Made by a program: the position numbers and the translations under genes. The notes under the pieces are model-generated. The model was not told the origin of the DNA, ran no database searches, and worked only from the letters and a program-made list of their open reading frames with translations. From the NCBI GenBank assembly GCA_963920595.1, contig OY986947.1, forward strand, positions 2,542,001 to 2,606,000: a stretch of DNA of 64,000 nucleotides. Reading direction: 5' to 3'. This DNA comes from Eimeria praecox (lineage: Eukaryota). Below are positions 1 to 11,982 of this stretch, one piece after another; the stretch's first letter is position 1; each line of letters begins with the position of its first letter.

Positions 1-29
1 GGTTTTCTTGGCGTTGCGAGAAGGCGATG

Positions 30-82
30 AGGGTTTAGGGTTTAGGGCTTAGGGTTTAGGGTTTAGGGTTTAGGGTTTGGGG
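30..82 (+). repeat. Interstitial telomere-like (TTTAGGG)n, probably intronic
   Basis: About 7 copies upstream of the AG at 109-110. Confidence 0.9.
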
Positions 83-110
83 AGTTGATGATGATTGTTT
101 ATTTGTTCAG

Positions 111-205
111 GTGTATAGCCGGCTGGTGAACGACCCGCGAGCGTTACGACACTTGCCTGCTTCTTTTTCTCGTCCTTCAGATATTTGTGAGTCTCCTCTA
201 TTCTA

Positions 206-236
<31 letters not shown>

Positions 237-1443
237 TGCAGCAGCAGCAGCAGTTGCAGCAGTTGCAGCAGTTGCGGGAGGGTTTGGGGTTTAGGGTTAG
301 GTTTTGGTGTTGGTGTTATTGGTGCTGCTGTTGCTGCTGCAGGTGTAGGAGTTGATGCGGTGGGGGGAGCTGCAGCAGCTGGACAGAGCAGCAGCAGCAG
401 CAGCAGCAGCAGCGGCACAGGAGGTTTGGTGTCTATGGCAGCTCATCCTCCTTCAGCTTCAGATGCTTCAGGATGTTTATGTGGGGGAGAGGAAGGTAGC
501 GGGGCTGAGGCGGTGGAGTGTATCGACAGCTCATTGTTTATAGAAGGTTCTGTGTTTGTCAAACTATGCCGCAATGGCCGCATGAAGAAGAGATTAATTC
601 GAGTCTCTGCTGATAACATGCTGCTGCTGTGGGGTCCCCCAAACAGCAGCGCAGAGGAGGGAGCCAAACAAGCTCCAAGCTCGTTACCTCTTGAGGAGTT
701 AGTAGATATAACCGTGGGGTGTCTGTACAGTACAGCGAAAAAATTTGATCTAACGGATGAAATGGAAGCTCGATGTGTCAGTCTTCAATTTATATCAAGA
801 CGTTTAGATTTATTTGCTGCAGATTTATCCCATTCAACATTTACACGATGGATAGGATTCTTTCATCAGAAGGTAGCATTCCAACAGCAGCAACGACAGC
901 AACGTTTGCTTCTACAACAACAAGCAATGAGCCAACAGAAACGCCAATTATTATTAAAAGAAGGCCGTACAAGAAGAGAAGAAGCAGCAGCACGAAAATT
1001 TGAATTGTGGAGGGATAATGTATTACCACATTGGGAAGCTACATGGTCTTGTGAGGCTGTGCCTGTTGCAGCTCCCTCACGGCCTTCTCCCTTAGCTGTA
1101 TTTGTTGCATTTGCTTCATCAAGTGCTTCTGCTTTAGTACAACTCCCTCGTTCTGTTGTTCTCAAACATTTAAATCGAAGCAGTCATAGAGGAAACACTC
1201 GTTTCAACAGCAACAAACAACACAGCTCATCTTCATCGACTTGGGCTACGAGCAGCATTGCTTCTCTCCGTCGAATTAGAAAGGGAGCACAGAAAGGAGG
1301 AGATATTGCAGCACATTTAGGGAGAGCAGCGTCAAGACAAGTGAGGAAACTCGCGTCTCTTCCCGCTGTATTTGGTTTATGTTGCTCCCCTACTTTAGGG
1401 AATTGTTCTCGTCATAGAAGCCATCGTCATATTCCTCCTCCTA

Positions 1444-1483
<40 letters not shown>

Positions 1484-1658
1484 AGCAGCAGCAGACGCTG
1501 CTGCTGTTGCTGCGGGAGAATATGGAGATGGAAGCAGAGGCATCAACAGCAACGAAAAACGAAACAGGAAGCAACAAACAACTTCTCTTGGTCGAGGAGC
1601 ATGCAGCAGTTCTTTTCGAGCAGCAGGATGGTGTGGGGGTCAACAACAACAAACTGGA

Positions 1659-1756
<98 letters not shown>

Positions 1757-2933
1757 TACATGTGCGTTAGCTCAACAAACAAATTTAGTAGGGAGTGCTG
1801 TTGCAACAGAAGCGAATGCATATATACATTTAAGTCATTTTGGGTCTACATGGATAGGAAGATATAGTTTAGATCGAGGGCGACGTACAGACACCGCAAC
1901 ACATCCTGCCTTTGTTAGACTTTGGTTGAGTGGTGTGCCCGGGGAATTAAGGGGAAAGTTATGGTTGATTGCGTTGGGGAATGAACAGAATGTTGGAGTC
2001 CCGTTAAGAGAAGCGTTATTACAATTAAGAAGACTTCATACTACTACTACTACTACTACAACAACAACCCCACCACAACAACACCACCATATTTATGTTC
2101 CTATACATGATCATCAGACTATGGAAACACATCATCATACATATCATAATCATTATTATAATTACAATTATCAACCTATGTCTACTATTTCTTCTTCTGC
2201 TACTGCTACTGCTGCTGCAACAGCAGCAGCAGCAACTGCTGCTGCTGCTGCTGCTGCTGGGGATGCTGCTGCACCTGCTGCAGCTAGTGCTGCTGCTGCA
2301 CACCCTCCACCTGCTGCAGGTAGTGGAACGGTGCTGCCGCCTCCTCCAGCTGCAGCAATAGACCCTACAGCAGCAACAACAGCAGCAACAGCAGCAACAG
2401 CAGCAACAGCAGCAGCAGCAGCAGCTGCTGCTGCTGCTGCTGATCCGTGGAGTCCATGCTTGGGGGCGAGTGGAGGGGGCACAGTCTGTAACCGCAGCAG
2501 CAGTGCTGCTGATGGTTTAAGAAGGATAAACATGCGAGGTATTCCGTATCTTATGAATAGGAAGGTAGGTGAGGGGCCTCTGCTTCTTACTACTTCCCTA
2601 GATGAACTTAGAGATGAGGCGGCATCTGCTGCTGCTGCAGCAGCAGCAGCAGCAGCTGCTGCTGCTGCTGCAGCAACAGCAACAACTGCAGCAACAGGAG
2701 GAGGACCTACAGCGTCTCCCCTTAACAGACCCGCTGATGTCTGTCTTGATCAGGAGAATTCTGCTGCTTTGTTAGGGCAGCAATCGACTCCCTCGTCTCC
2801 CTTAGCAGCAGCAGCAGCAGCAGCAACAAATACAGCAGCTAGCAGCAAAACCTTTCCTGCCTTTGTTCCTATGCCAAAGCCGCGAAGGACACAACAACAA
2901 CAGCAGCAGCAGCAGCAGCAGCAGCAAGAACAC

Positions 2934-2972
<39 letters not shown>

Positions 2973-3403
2973 CAACATCTGGCAGCAGGAAAAGGTGAAG
3001 AAGCGGAAGTTGGTTTATTCAGTAAAATATCAACAACAGAAGCAAACGATATGCAAGGAAGCAGCGGGGAGGAGGGAGACGCAATTTGCTGCTGCCCTTC
3101 GGGCTGTGCAGCAGCAGCAGCAGCAGCAGCAGCAGCACACTGCTGCCATGCCGGCTCTAGCAGCAGTCAATATGAAGCCCGTGCTGCGGAAGTTGGCGAC
3201 AGCAGCAGCAGCAGCAGAGCTGCTGCTGCTGCTGCTGCTGCTGCTGGCATTCCTACGCTGCTGCAGCTTAACAGCAGCAGCAGAACTGACTTATCCGCTG
3301 ATGCAACGCCGCATCTGCGACGGGAGGAAGGGAGAGGGTGTTGGGGGACTCAGCTGCAGCAGCAGCAGCTGCAGCAGCAGCAACAGCTGCAGCAGCAGCA
3401 GTT

Positions 3404-3435
<32 letters not shown>

Positions 3436-3702
3436 TGCAGCAGCAGCAGCTGCAGCAGCAGCAAAACAAAGAAGATGCTGGAGGCTTAGAAACAAGAGAA
3501 CTAACGATCGCAGAGGGGGTTCGTGCACTGTTGGAGGCGTATGTGCTGTACAGGTATATTTGTTTATAATATATATTATTAAAATAAAAATAAATAATAT
3601 AAATACAATCAAAATTAAAAAAATATATTTTATTTAAGAAACGCCAGGTGTATGCGCAGCTGCACCTGTAGGAGTTGTGTAGCGATGGATGTGCATACAC
3701 CC

Positions 3703-3761
<59 letters not shown>

Positions 3762-6426
3762 CGTATGTTTATATATTATATAATTAATATATGTATATCT
3801 ATATCTATGTATATATCTATATATCTATATATATATATATATGATGCATGTATGTTAATGTTTGTGTATTTGTCTGTCTTTTTTTTGTTTTTGTATTGTA
3901 TTGATTGTTTCAGTTATATTTTTTATAAATTTGTGTGTGTGTAATATATTACTTGTAAGTAATTTAAATATATGTATATAATGTTTATTAATATACACCA
4001 TTATGTTTATATTATATTATATTATATTATATTATATTATATTATATTATATTATATTATATTATATTATATTATATTATATTATATTATATTATATTAT
4101 ATTATATTATATTATATTATATTATATTATATTATATTATATTATATTATATTATATTATATTATATTATATTATATTATATTATATTATATTATATTAT
4201 ATTATATTTATTTATTATTTGTTTTTGTATACAGGCCTGATGTGGGTTATGTACGGGGTATGGATTGTCTGGCTTCAATGCTTTTATGTTTTCTACCTCT
4301 CGATTTAGCGTTTGTAGCTTTAGCGAATTTATTACCTGCGTTTCATTTATTAGATTTCTTCTGTCCTGCTCTTCCATGTAATAGAAGAACAATTGCATTA
4401 AAATTTGATTTCTTTGAATGTATGCTTAGAGTACGATTACCTCATCTGTATAGACACCTGGCAGGCTTACAACTCATACCCGATCTCTATCTTATTCGTT
4501 GGCTTGAAACACTATTCTGTAGAGCTCTGCCTTTCTCTACTTTGTGTCGCACTTGGGATGGTTTGCTTCTTATGGGGGAGGTAAGGGCTTTTATTCTTTT
4601 CTTTATTTTATACTGATACGGTGCTGCTGCTGATGATGATGATGATGGTGGTGGTGGTGCTGGTGGTGTTTGTGCTGCTGCTGATGATGATGATGATGGT
4701 GGGGATGGTGTTTGTGCTGCTGCTGCTGCTGCTGCTGATGGTGGTGTTTGTGCTGCTGAGGATGATGATGCTGTTTGTGCTGCTGCTGCTGCTGCTGATG
4801 ATGGTGGTGTTTGTGCTGCTGCTGCTGCTGCTGCTGATGGTGGTGTTTGTGCTGCTGCTGCTGCTGCTGCTGCTGCTGATGTTTGTGCTGCTACTGCCGA
4901 TGATGTTGATGATGCTGGTAGTGCTGTTGACGCTGCTTGTGATGATGTTAGTGCTGCTGCTGATGATGATGCTGCTGCTGCTGCTGTTCTTGCTGCTTCT
5001 GGTCTGCTGCTGATGCTGCTCCTGCTGCTGCTGCTTCTTGTGGTGTATGTACGGATTAACTACTGCTCTTGCTGCTGTCTTTAATGGGGCTGCCAGTTGC
5101 TGCATCACATGCATGCGCATGCATGCGCATGCATGCGCATACACCTCATTTTTTTTTTTTTAATCTTTTGTTTATTTTTTTAATTATATTTAATTATTTT
5201 TTTGTGTTTTTTTAATTTTTTTAAATTATTTTTTTTTATTTTTTTGATTATTTTTAATTATTTTTTTGTGTTTTTTTAATTTTTTTTAATAATTTTTTTG
5301 TTTTTTTTTTGTTTTTATTTTTATTTAGGCTTATTGTTTTCAGGTTGCTTTGGGTTTGTTAAAATATCATGAATCGGAGTTGCTGTGCAATTCCTTCGAA
5401 GGATGTTTATCTATTTTAAATCGTCATGCTCATCCAACGGCAGATGAAGATGGAACGTTCGATGCAGGCAGATTCTTTAAGTAAGTTTAATGCTGTTGTA
5501 CTGCTGCTGCTGCTGCTGTTGTGCTGCTGCTGCTGCTGCTGTTGTGCTGCTGCTGCTGCTGCTGTTGTTGTCCTTGTGCTGCTGCTGCTGCTGCTGTCCT
5601 TATGCTGCTGCTGATGATGATGTTGTTGTGCTGCTGCTGCTGCTGTGGTTCTGCTGCTGCCTCGTCGATATGCCTTCCTCCTGTTATTATTATTATTATT
5701 ATTATTGTTATTATTATTATTATTTTTATGTTTTATTCTTATATACAACCTCACTAGTTATTATCTACTAGTGCTGTCGTCAATGCTATGTCTTTATCGT
5801 TAGATTCGTATCATTCTTATCATTATTAATATATTATTAATATAGTATTATATTATTATTATTATTACTATTATTGTTATTATTATTTTATTATTATTAT
5901 TGTATTAATTTGTGTTTTGTTTATGTTTTCTTGGCGTCTGTTTGCTTGCATTTATTTGTTGTTTGTTTGTTTTGGTTTGTTTGTTTATTTGGGTGTTTCT
6001 CGTTTTCTTTTATTTCTTTTACTATTTTATTAATTTATATATTTTATTATTTTATTATTTTATATATTTTATGTTTTATTATTTTATTATGTTATTTTTC
6101 TGTCATGCTTGTTTTATATATGTATTCATATATTATTTCTTAACTTATTTTTTCTCTATTTATATATTTTTTTATATTTTTTTGTATATCTTATATTATT
6201 TTATATATAATTTTTAATAAATGTATTTAATTATTAACAGGATAGTTTATGTATTTATTTAATTATTAACAAGATAGTTTATCTTTCTTTGTTTTGTTTT
6301 GTTTTGTTTAGATGTGTAGAGCTGTGTCGAATAGACAGTCAACAATACGGGCGTTGGGTAGCAAATCAAAGAATGAGCGAAGAGAAAGCAGAATTGTTGG
6401 AGTTAGTAGCATGCAGCAGTGTTTGA
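111..6426 (+). CDS. PH-domain + TBC (RabGAP-like, TBC1D12/14-type) protein, multi-exon, probably 5'-partial
   Basis: Exons 111-186 (after ...gttcag acceptor), 343-3553, 4235-4580, 5329-5480, 6312-6426 (TGA); all GT-AG and phase-compatible. In-frame ATG at 435 is an alternative start. PH-like segment FVKLCRNGRMKKRLIRVSADNMLLLWG...LEELVDITVG...RRLDLFA; TBC motifs LWLSGVPGELRGKLWLIALGN, ALLEAYVLYRPDVGYVRGM, LIPDLYLIRWLETLFCRALPFSTLCRTWDGLLLMGE. Confidence 0.85.
4007..4208. repeat. (ATATT)n pentanucleotide microsatellite in TBC-gene intron
   Basis: About 200 bp of near-perfect ATATT. Confidence 0.95.
4620..5035. repeat. Compound (CTG/ATG/GTG)n minisatellite in TBC-gene intron
   Basis: Recurrent GTGTTTGTGCTGCTG...ATGATG units. 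Confidence 0.85.
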
Positions 6427-6497
6427 TGTAGCCTCTTTTGAGGTGTACAGACAGCTGGCACAGTTACAAAAGCCAGCGATTCGAGGTGTATATACAC

Positions 6498-6548
<51 letters not shown>

Positions 6549-6796
6549 CCAATATGGTATATATATATATATATACCTGAGTTTGCTTTGTTTGTATTTT
6601 TTACTGTCGATTAAAATAAGCTGACAGAACTTCGAGCTGCAGCAAACACTTTAAATCTATTGGCGCTGCTGCTTCTTCTTTATTATATATATATTTGCTG
6701 TAAAAGAAACATAATAGACGTTATTAGGGTCTATAGATATTATTATAGTATTATTGTTTATTATCATATTGTAGTATTTTAGTAGTAGTAGCAGTA

Positions 6797-6877
<81 letters not shown>

Positions 6878-7135
6878 TGGGTCTAGGGTTTAGATTATAT
6901 ATTATATTTATGTTTATAAATAATCATAAATATAATATATATTCTAAACCCTAGACCCTAAACCCTAAACAAGCAGAGGGAATCCAAAGTTATTTTTATA
7001 TACGTTAAAAACGATTTGTTGATTCTGCAAATAAAATCTGAGACAAAATATTTTTTCTATTGCTTAGCAGAATCAGAAGAAATATAAATATAATTTATAT
7101 TTCTTCTTTTAATACAGGAGGCGAGAGAATATGAA

Positions 7136-7185
7136 GTGTATATACACCTGAGGTGTATATACACCTGAGGTGTATATACACCTCA
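7136..7185. repeat. Tandem 17-bp palindromic unit GTGTATATACACCTGAG (about 3 copies)
   Basis: Read directly; last copy overlaps the TGA stop of the minus-strand gene. Confidence 0.9.
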
Positions 7186-7637
7186 AAACATACTTTTCGA
7201 GGTGTTTATATTATTATGGGTTTGTGTAGTATTAGTATTTCCTGTGTTTTGTTGTAGCCAAATAAAAACCCCAGATATAATTATTAAATAGAAAATAAGA
7301 AGAAATAGAAAAACACTCGCAATACTTCTCTTCCAGCATCTTCTGCATGGTGCTGCTGCTGCTGCTGCTGCTGCTGTTGCTGCTGCAGCACTAGCTGCTG
7401 TTGCTGCTGCTGCTGCTGCAGCAGCAGCAACAGCAGCAGGAACGCCTCCTTTAGAAATATTTGTAGTTTTATTTGTTTCTATTGTATCATACATCCAGAA
7501 ATTACACATAAAATTATTTATATCTTCATCTATGTCTTTAATTCCTCCCCCCATATATTCCTGCCAGGCCCTAAAACAATCAGAAAAAATAATATATTAT
7601 AATGCGATATGTTCTAATAAATATTAAATAAATAGGT

Positions 7638-7708
<71 letters not shown>

Positions 7709-8244
7709 CTTATTTATTTATTTATTTATAATCCTGGGGTGATAAGATTATCGTTTATATTATTCAAGTGTAGTACAGAGAGAAAGCAGCAACATGTTTT
7801 GTAATAATACATATATTATATTATACAATACATATATATATATATATAAGATATAAAGACAAAATATATATAATATACTAATAGTTTATATATTATATTA
7901 TATAACATAAATATAGTGTATATAGTATATACTAAATACAAATAATATGTCTAATATCTTGCACGATACGCAGAAAATATATACAATAAAATATATAATA
8001 CATGTATAATTTATATATCTATCTATATCCGTATATAGATAGACAGATATAGATATAGATATACAGATATAGATATAGACAGAGATAAAGATATAGATAT
8101 AGATAGAGATAGAGATATAAATTATATATGTATTATATTATATATAACACATTTCTACTAACCTACAAAATCTTGTGCTCAGAGACGGTAGAATATACAT
8201 ATATTAAAATATAGATACGTATAGCTATATATACATACATATAC

Positions 8245-8330
<86 letters not shown>

Positions 8331-8422
8331 TAGGCTGTCTATGCCTCTATAAGCCTGGCTGTACGACTCTATTTTTTCGACATCACTTTCCACATTCCTT
8401 TTTTATTTGTGTTTATATTAAT

Positions 8423-8483
<61 letters not shown>

Positions 8484-9008
8484 ATGTATCTTACTTGCTT
8501 GATTGTAAGGCCTTTAACTTTGATGCTTCTAAGACAACACGCACTAAACGAGGTTGCAGATCTTCTGCTGTTTCTTTGGATTTTCTTGCTGCTTCCTTTG
8601 CTGCTTCAAGGGCTAGGAGCTGCTGCTGCTGCTGCTGCAGCAGCCGCTGTCTCATGGGGGCCATAAGTCTTTGTTTTCTGCTGCTTGCTGCTGCTGCTTC
8701 TGCTGCTTCTGTTGCTGTTTCCGCTGCTGCTGCTGCTCCTGCTGCTGCTGCTGTTGCTGCTGCTGCTGTTGCTGCTCCTGTTTGCATGCGACGTCGACTT
8801 GTTTTATTCTTTCTTTCTTGTGTTTGATGTTTAGAAAGATTTATAATATCAAGAAAATTAGATGAATCAGAGAATCGTCCCCGTGTAGATACACCCGAAG
8901 GCTGTACATACACCTCAGCACTATGCGATATTTGTTTATTCTGTCTTTCAACAGATATTAAACCTCCGTCTAAATCTTCCTCTTCAAAATGTACTGTGAA
9001 ATGCTTGC

Positions 9009-9067
<59 letters not shown>

Positions 9068-9173
9068 TATTTTTGTCTGAAGTGTCGTCGTCTAGTTATG
9101 GGCAGTTTGCTTGTTCTTCCTTTTTTCTTCTGAGTATGAAAGACAGCAAGAGATCTACCCTTCTCAGGGTCGC

Positions 9174-9232
<59 letters not shown>

Positions 9233-9577
9233 GCTGTCCTGCGGCAGCGGCGAAGGGCAGCAGCAGGTTGATATCCCTGAGGCTTTTGTTTGCTGCTGTC
9301 TGAGTGTCTTGGGTAGACAGCAGCTTCCTTCAAGCCCTTGGGGAGCTTGAGAGGTAGCGGTTGCTGCTGCTGCTGCTGCTGCTGCTGCAGCTGCTGCAGC
9401 AGCAGCTGTTGCTGCTGCAGCTGTTGCTGCTGCTGTGTCTGCTGCAGCAGCAGATAAGACTCTTCGTGTGACGTTGATTTTGTTGAAAGATATTTTAAAG
9501 CAGGAGAAACAAGAAGAGAAAGAGCAGCAGCATCGTCTGCTGCTGCGCTGCTCTGACTTGAACACCATCCAGCAGCC

Positions 9578-9614
<37 letters not shown>

Positions 9615-9942
9615 TGCTGTTGCTGCTGTTGCTGCTGTAGCTACTGCAACTGCTGCAGTCGCTGCATGGCAACGACGTGCTGTCGCTGCTGCTCGCTGAG
9701 TAGATCTGTCCTCCGTCTAGTGCTGCAGATCCCGAAGCTTCTGCGGTGTATAGGCAGCTCCGAGATGCAACAGCTAAACCTTCGGGTGTATGTCGAGCTT
9801 TCCCATCGACTGCATGCAGCCCCAAAAGCCGCAAATCAAATGCTGGCTCCTTGTCGTCTCTGTCGTGAGCAGAAAACACTGGTGCTGCTGCTGCTGTTGT
9901 TGTTGTTGCTGTTGCTGCTGGTGCTGATGCTGCTGTTGCTGC

Positions 9943-9981
<39 letters not shown>

Positions 9982-10909
9982 ATTGTTTGCTCTGTTGGGT
10001 GCTGTATGATGAGAAGAAGAGTCTGCAGAAGAAGAAGAGGAGATATAATTTGTTGCCTGCGAAGAAGAGAAGGCGGGTTGAGCTGTACATACACCTGAAG
10101 GAGATTGATTCTCTAAAACATACAAATTATTCGTCTCTGTCTTCCAAGATTTATTTATTTGATTTCTTTCTGCTGCACTCTGCCACTGCCACTCGTTTAG
10201 ACTAACGCCTTCTACAGCAGCAGCAGCAGCAGCAGCAGCTGCTGCTGCTGCTGCAGCAGCAGCAGCAGAAGCGTCATTGTTGTGTCTCTCCCTAAGAACG
10301 TTGTCTGTCTTTGCTGAAAAAGAAGAGCTGGATATACACCTGGAGGGGGAGGGAAGCCTATTGAGGGGAGCAGAGCAGCAATCTGCTGCTGCTGCTGCTG
10401 CAGCAGCAGTTGCTGCTGCTGCTGCTGCAGTTGCTGCTGCTGCTGCTGCAGGTTGCTTTTCTTTTGTAGCAGCTGTCTGCGCATACACCCCAAGCCCCCC
10501 GCAGACATCCTCAGCCCCGTTTAATCTGACAGAGGAAACAGCAGCAGCAGCAGCAGCAGCAAATGCTGCTGACTGAGCTAAAGCAGCAGACTCTTCCTTG
10601 GTAGAGCAGCAAAACCGAAGGGACGGTGCAGCAGATGGAATTTGCTGCTGCTGCTGCTGCTGTTGCTGCTGCTGCAGATTTGGTTGGTGTTGCTGCTGCT
10701 GCTGCTGGGGAGGCGGTTGCTGTTGTTGTTGCTGCTGCTGCTGCTGGGGAGTTGATTGGTGTTGCTGCTGCTGCTGAAGACGTGGTTGTTGCTGCTGCTG
10801 CTGCTGCTGCGGCTGCTGCGGCAGCCAGCGGAATGGGGGAGAAGGTATAGAAGCACTAAGTGGGGGATCTGCTGCTGGCAGTGAGACCCGCTGAGGCCAT
10901 GTCTGCTGC

Positions 10910-10957
<48 letters not shown>

Positions 10958-11224
10958 TTCTGCTGCTGCTGTTCCTGCTGCTGCTTCTGCTGCTGCTGCT
11001 GCTGTTGCTGTTGCTGCTGCTGATTTGATTGAGGGGTAAGAGGAAGCAGCAGAGGGAAAGATATGTCTTTAAGTTTAGTCTCTCTGTCTGTGAAGGTAGA
11101 AATATCAGCAGCAGCAGATGTATTATATTTTGCTGCTTGTTTATATTTGTCTGCTGCTGCTGGAGCAGCAAAGCTGTAGCTGTTCTTAAAGGGCACCGCA
11201 GCAGCAGCAGCAGCAGCAGCAGGA

Positions 11225-11255
<31 letters not shown>

Positions 11256-11364
11256 CAGGAGCAGCAGGATCAAGTGTTTGGGTCTCGGGGTCTTCAACAT
11301 CAATAAAAGATAATAACTCATCCCTCTGCTCAACAGCAGCAGGGCATACGCTCATCCAGTCCAT
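7183..11364 (-). CDS. Hypothetical low-complexity protein with C-terminal transmembrane helix (2 exons)
   Basis: Exon 11364-8495 (957-aa ORF, ends AA|GTAAG) joins exon 7570-7183 (TAG acceptor) in frame: ...[36 protein letters not shown]...; hydrophobic [24 protein letters not shown] near the C-terminus; poly-A/Q/S tracts throughout. No family recognised. Confidence 0.7.
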
Positions 11365-11414
11365 GCTGCTGCTGTTGCTGCTGCTGCTGCAACTGCAGCA
11401 GCTGCTGGAGCTGT

Positions 11415-11446
<32 letters not shown>

Positions 11447-11601
11447 CTGTTGCTACTGCTGCCGCTGTCAGAGATACTGATGCAGCTGCTGTTGCTGCTG
11501 CTCTTACGGTAATGGATGCCGCCGAAGGCGTTGTTGCTGCTGCCGTTGCTGCAACTGCTACTGTTGCTGCTTCTCTTGCTGCTTCTGTTGCTGTTGCTGC
11601 T

Positions 11602-11633
<32 letters not shown>

Positions 11634-11798
11634 GACTGACACCGCAAGGCTGCTGAGGGGGAGTAATAACAAAAAGGAAAACGAGGGGATAGAAATATGT
11701 TGAAAGGAGAACAGAAATGCTGATGAAGGCGAATAAGAAGATCGGAGGAATAAACTAAACACTTCAAGGAAAATATACAAAAAAGAAAAGAAAGCAAC

Positions 11799-11982
11799 TA
11801 AACCCTAAACCCTAAACCCTAAACCCTACACCCTAGACGAGGTAAGAAGAAGAGCTGCTCTGGCTCAAGTGTGTTGGTGAAGGGATGATAGCACAGCCTC
11901 AGTGATGTCTGTCACAATGCACAGCCATCTTAAACCCTAAACCCTAAACCCTAAACCCTAAACCCTAAACCTTAAACCCTAA
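11799..11982. repeat. Two (AAACCCT)n arrays upstream of the minus-strand hypothetical gene
   Basis: 11799-11836 and 11931-11982. Confidence 0.9.

Noticed and set aside
8163..8393. Short [20 protein letters not shown] as an extra exon
   Set aside because: Exons 8495 and 7570 already join in frame; the ORF runs into (TA)n and no clear acceptor/donor pair supports it.
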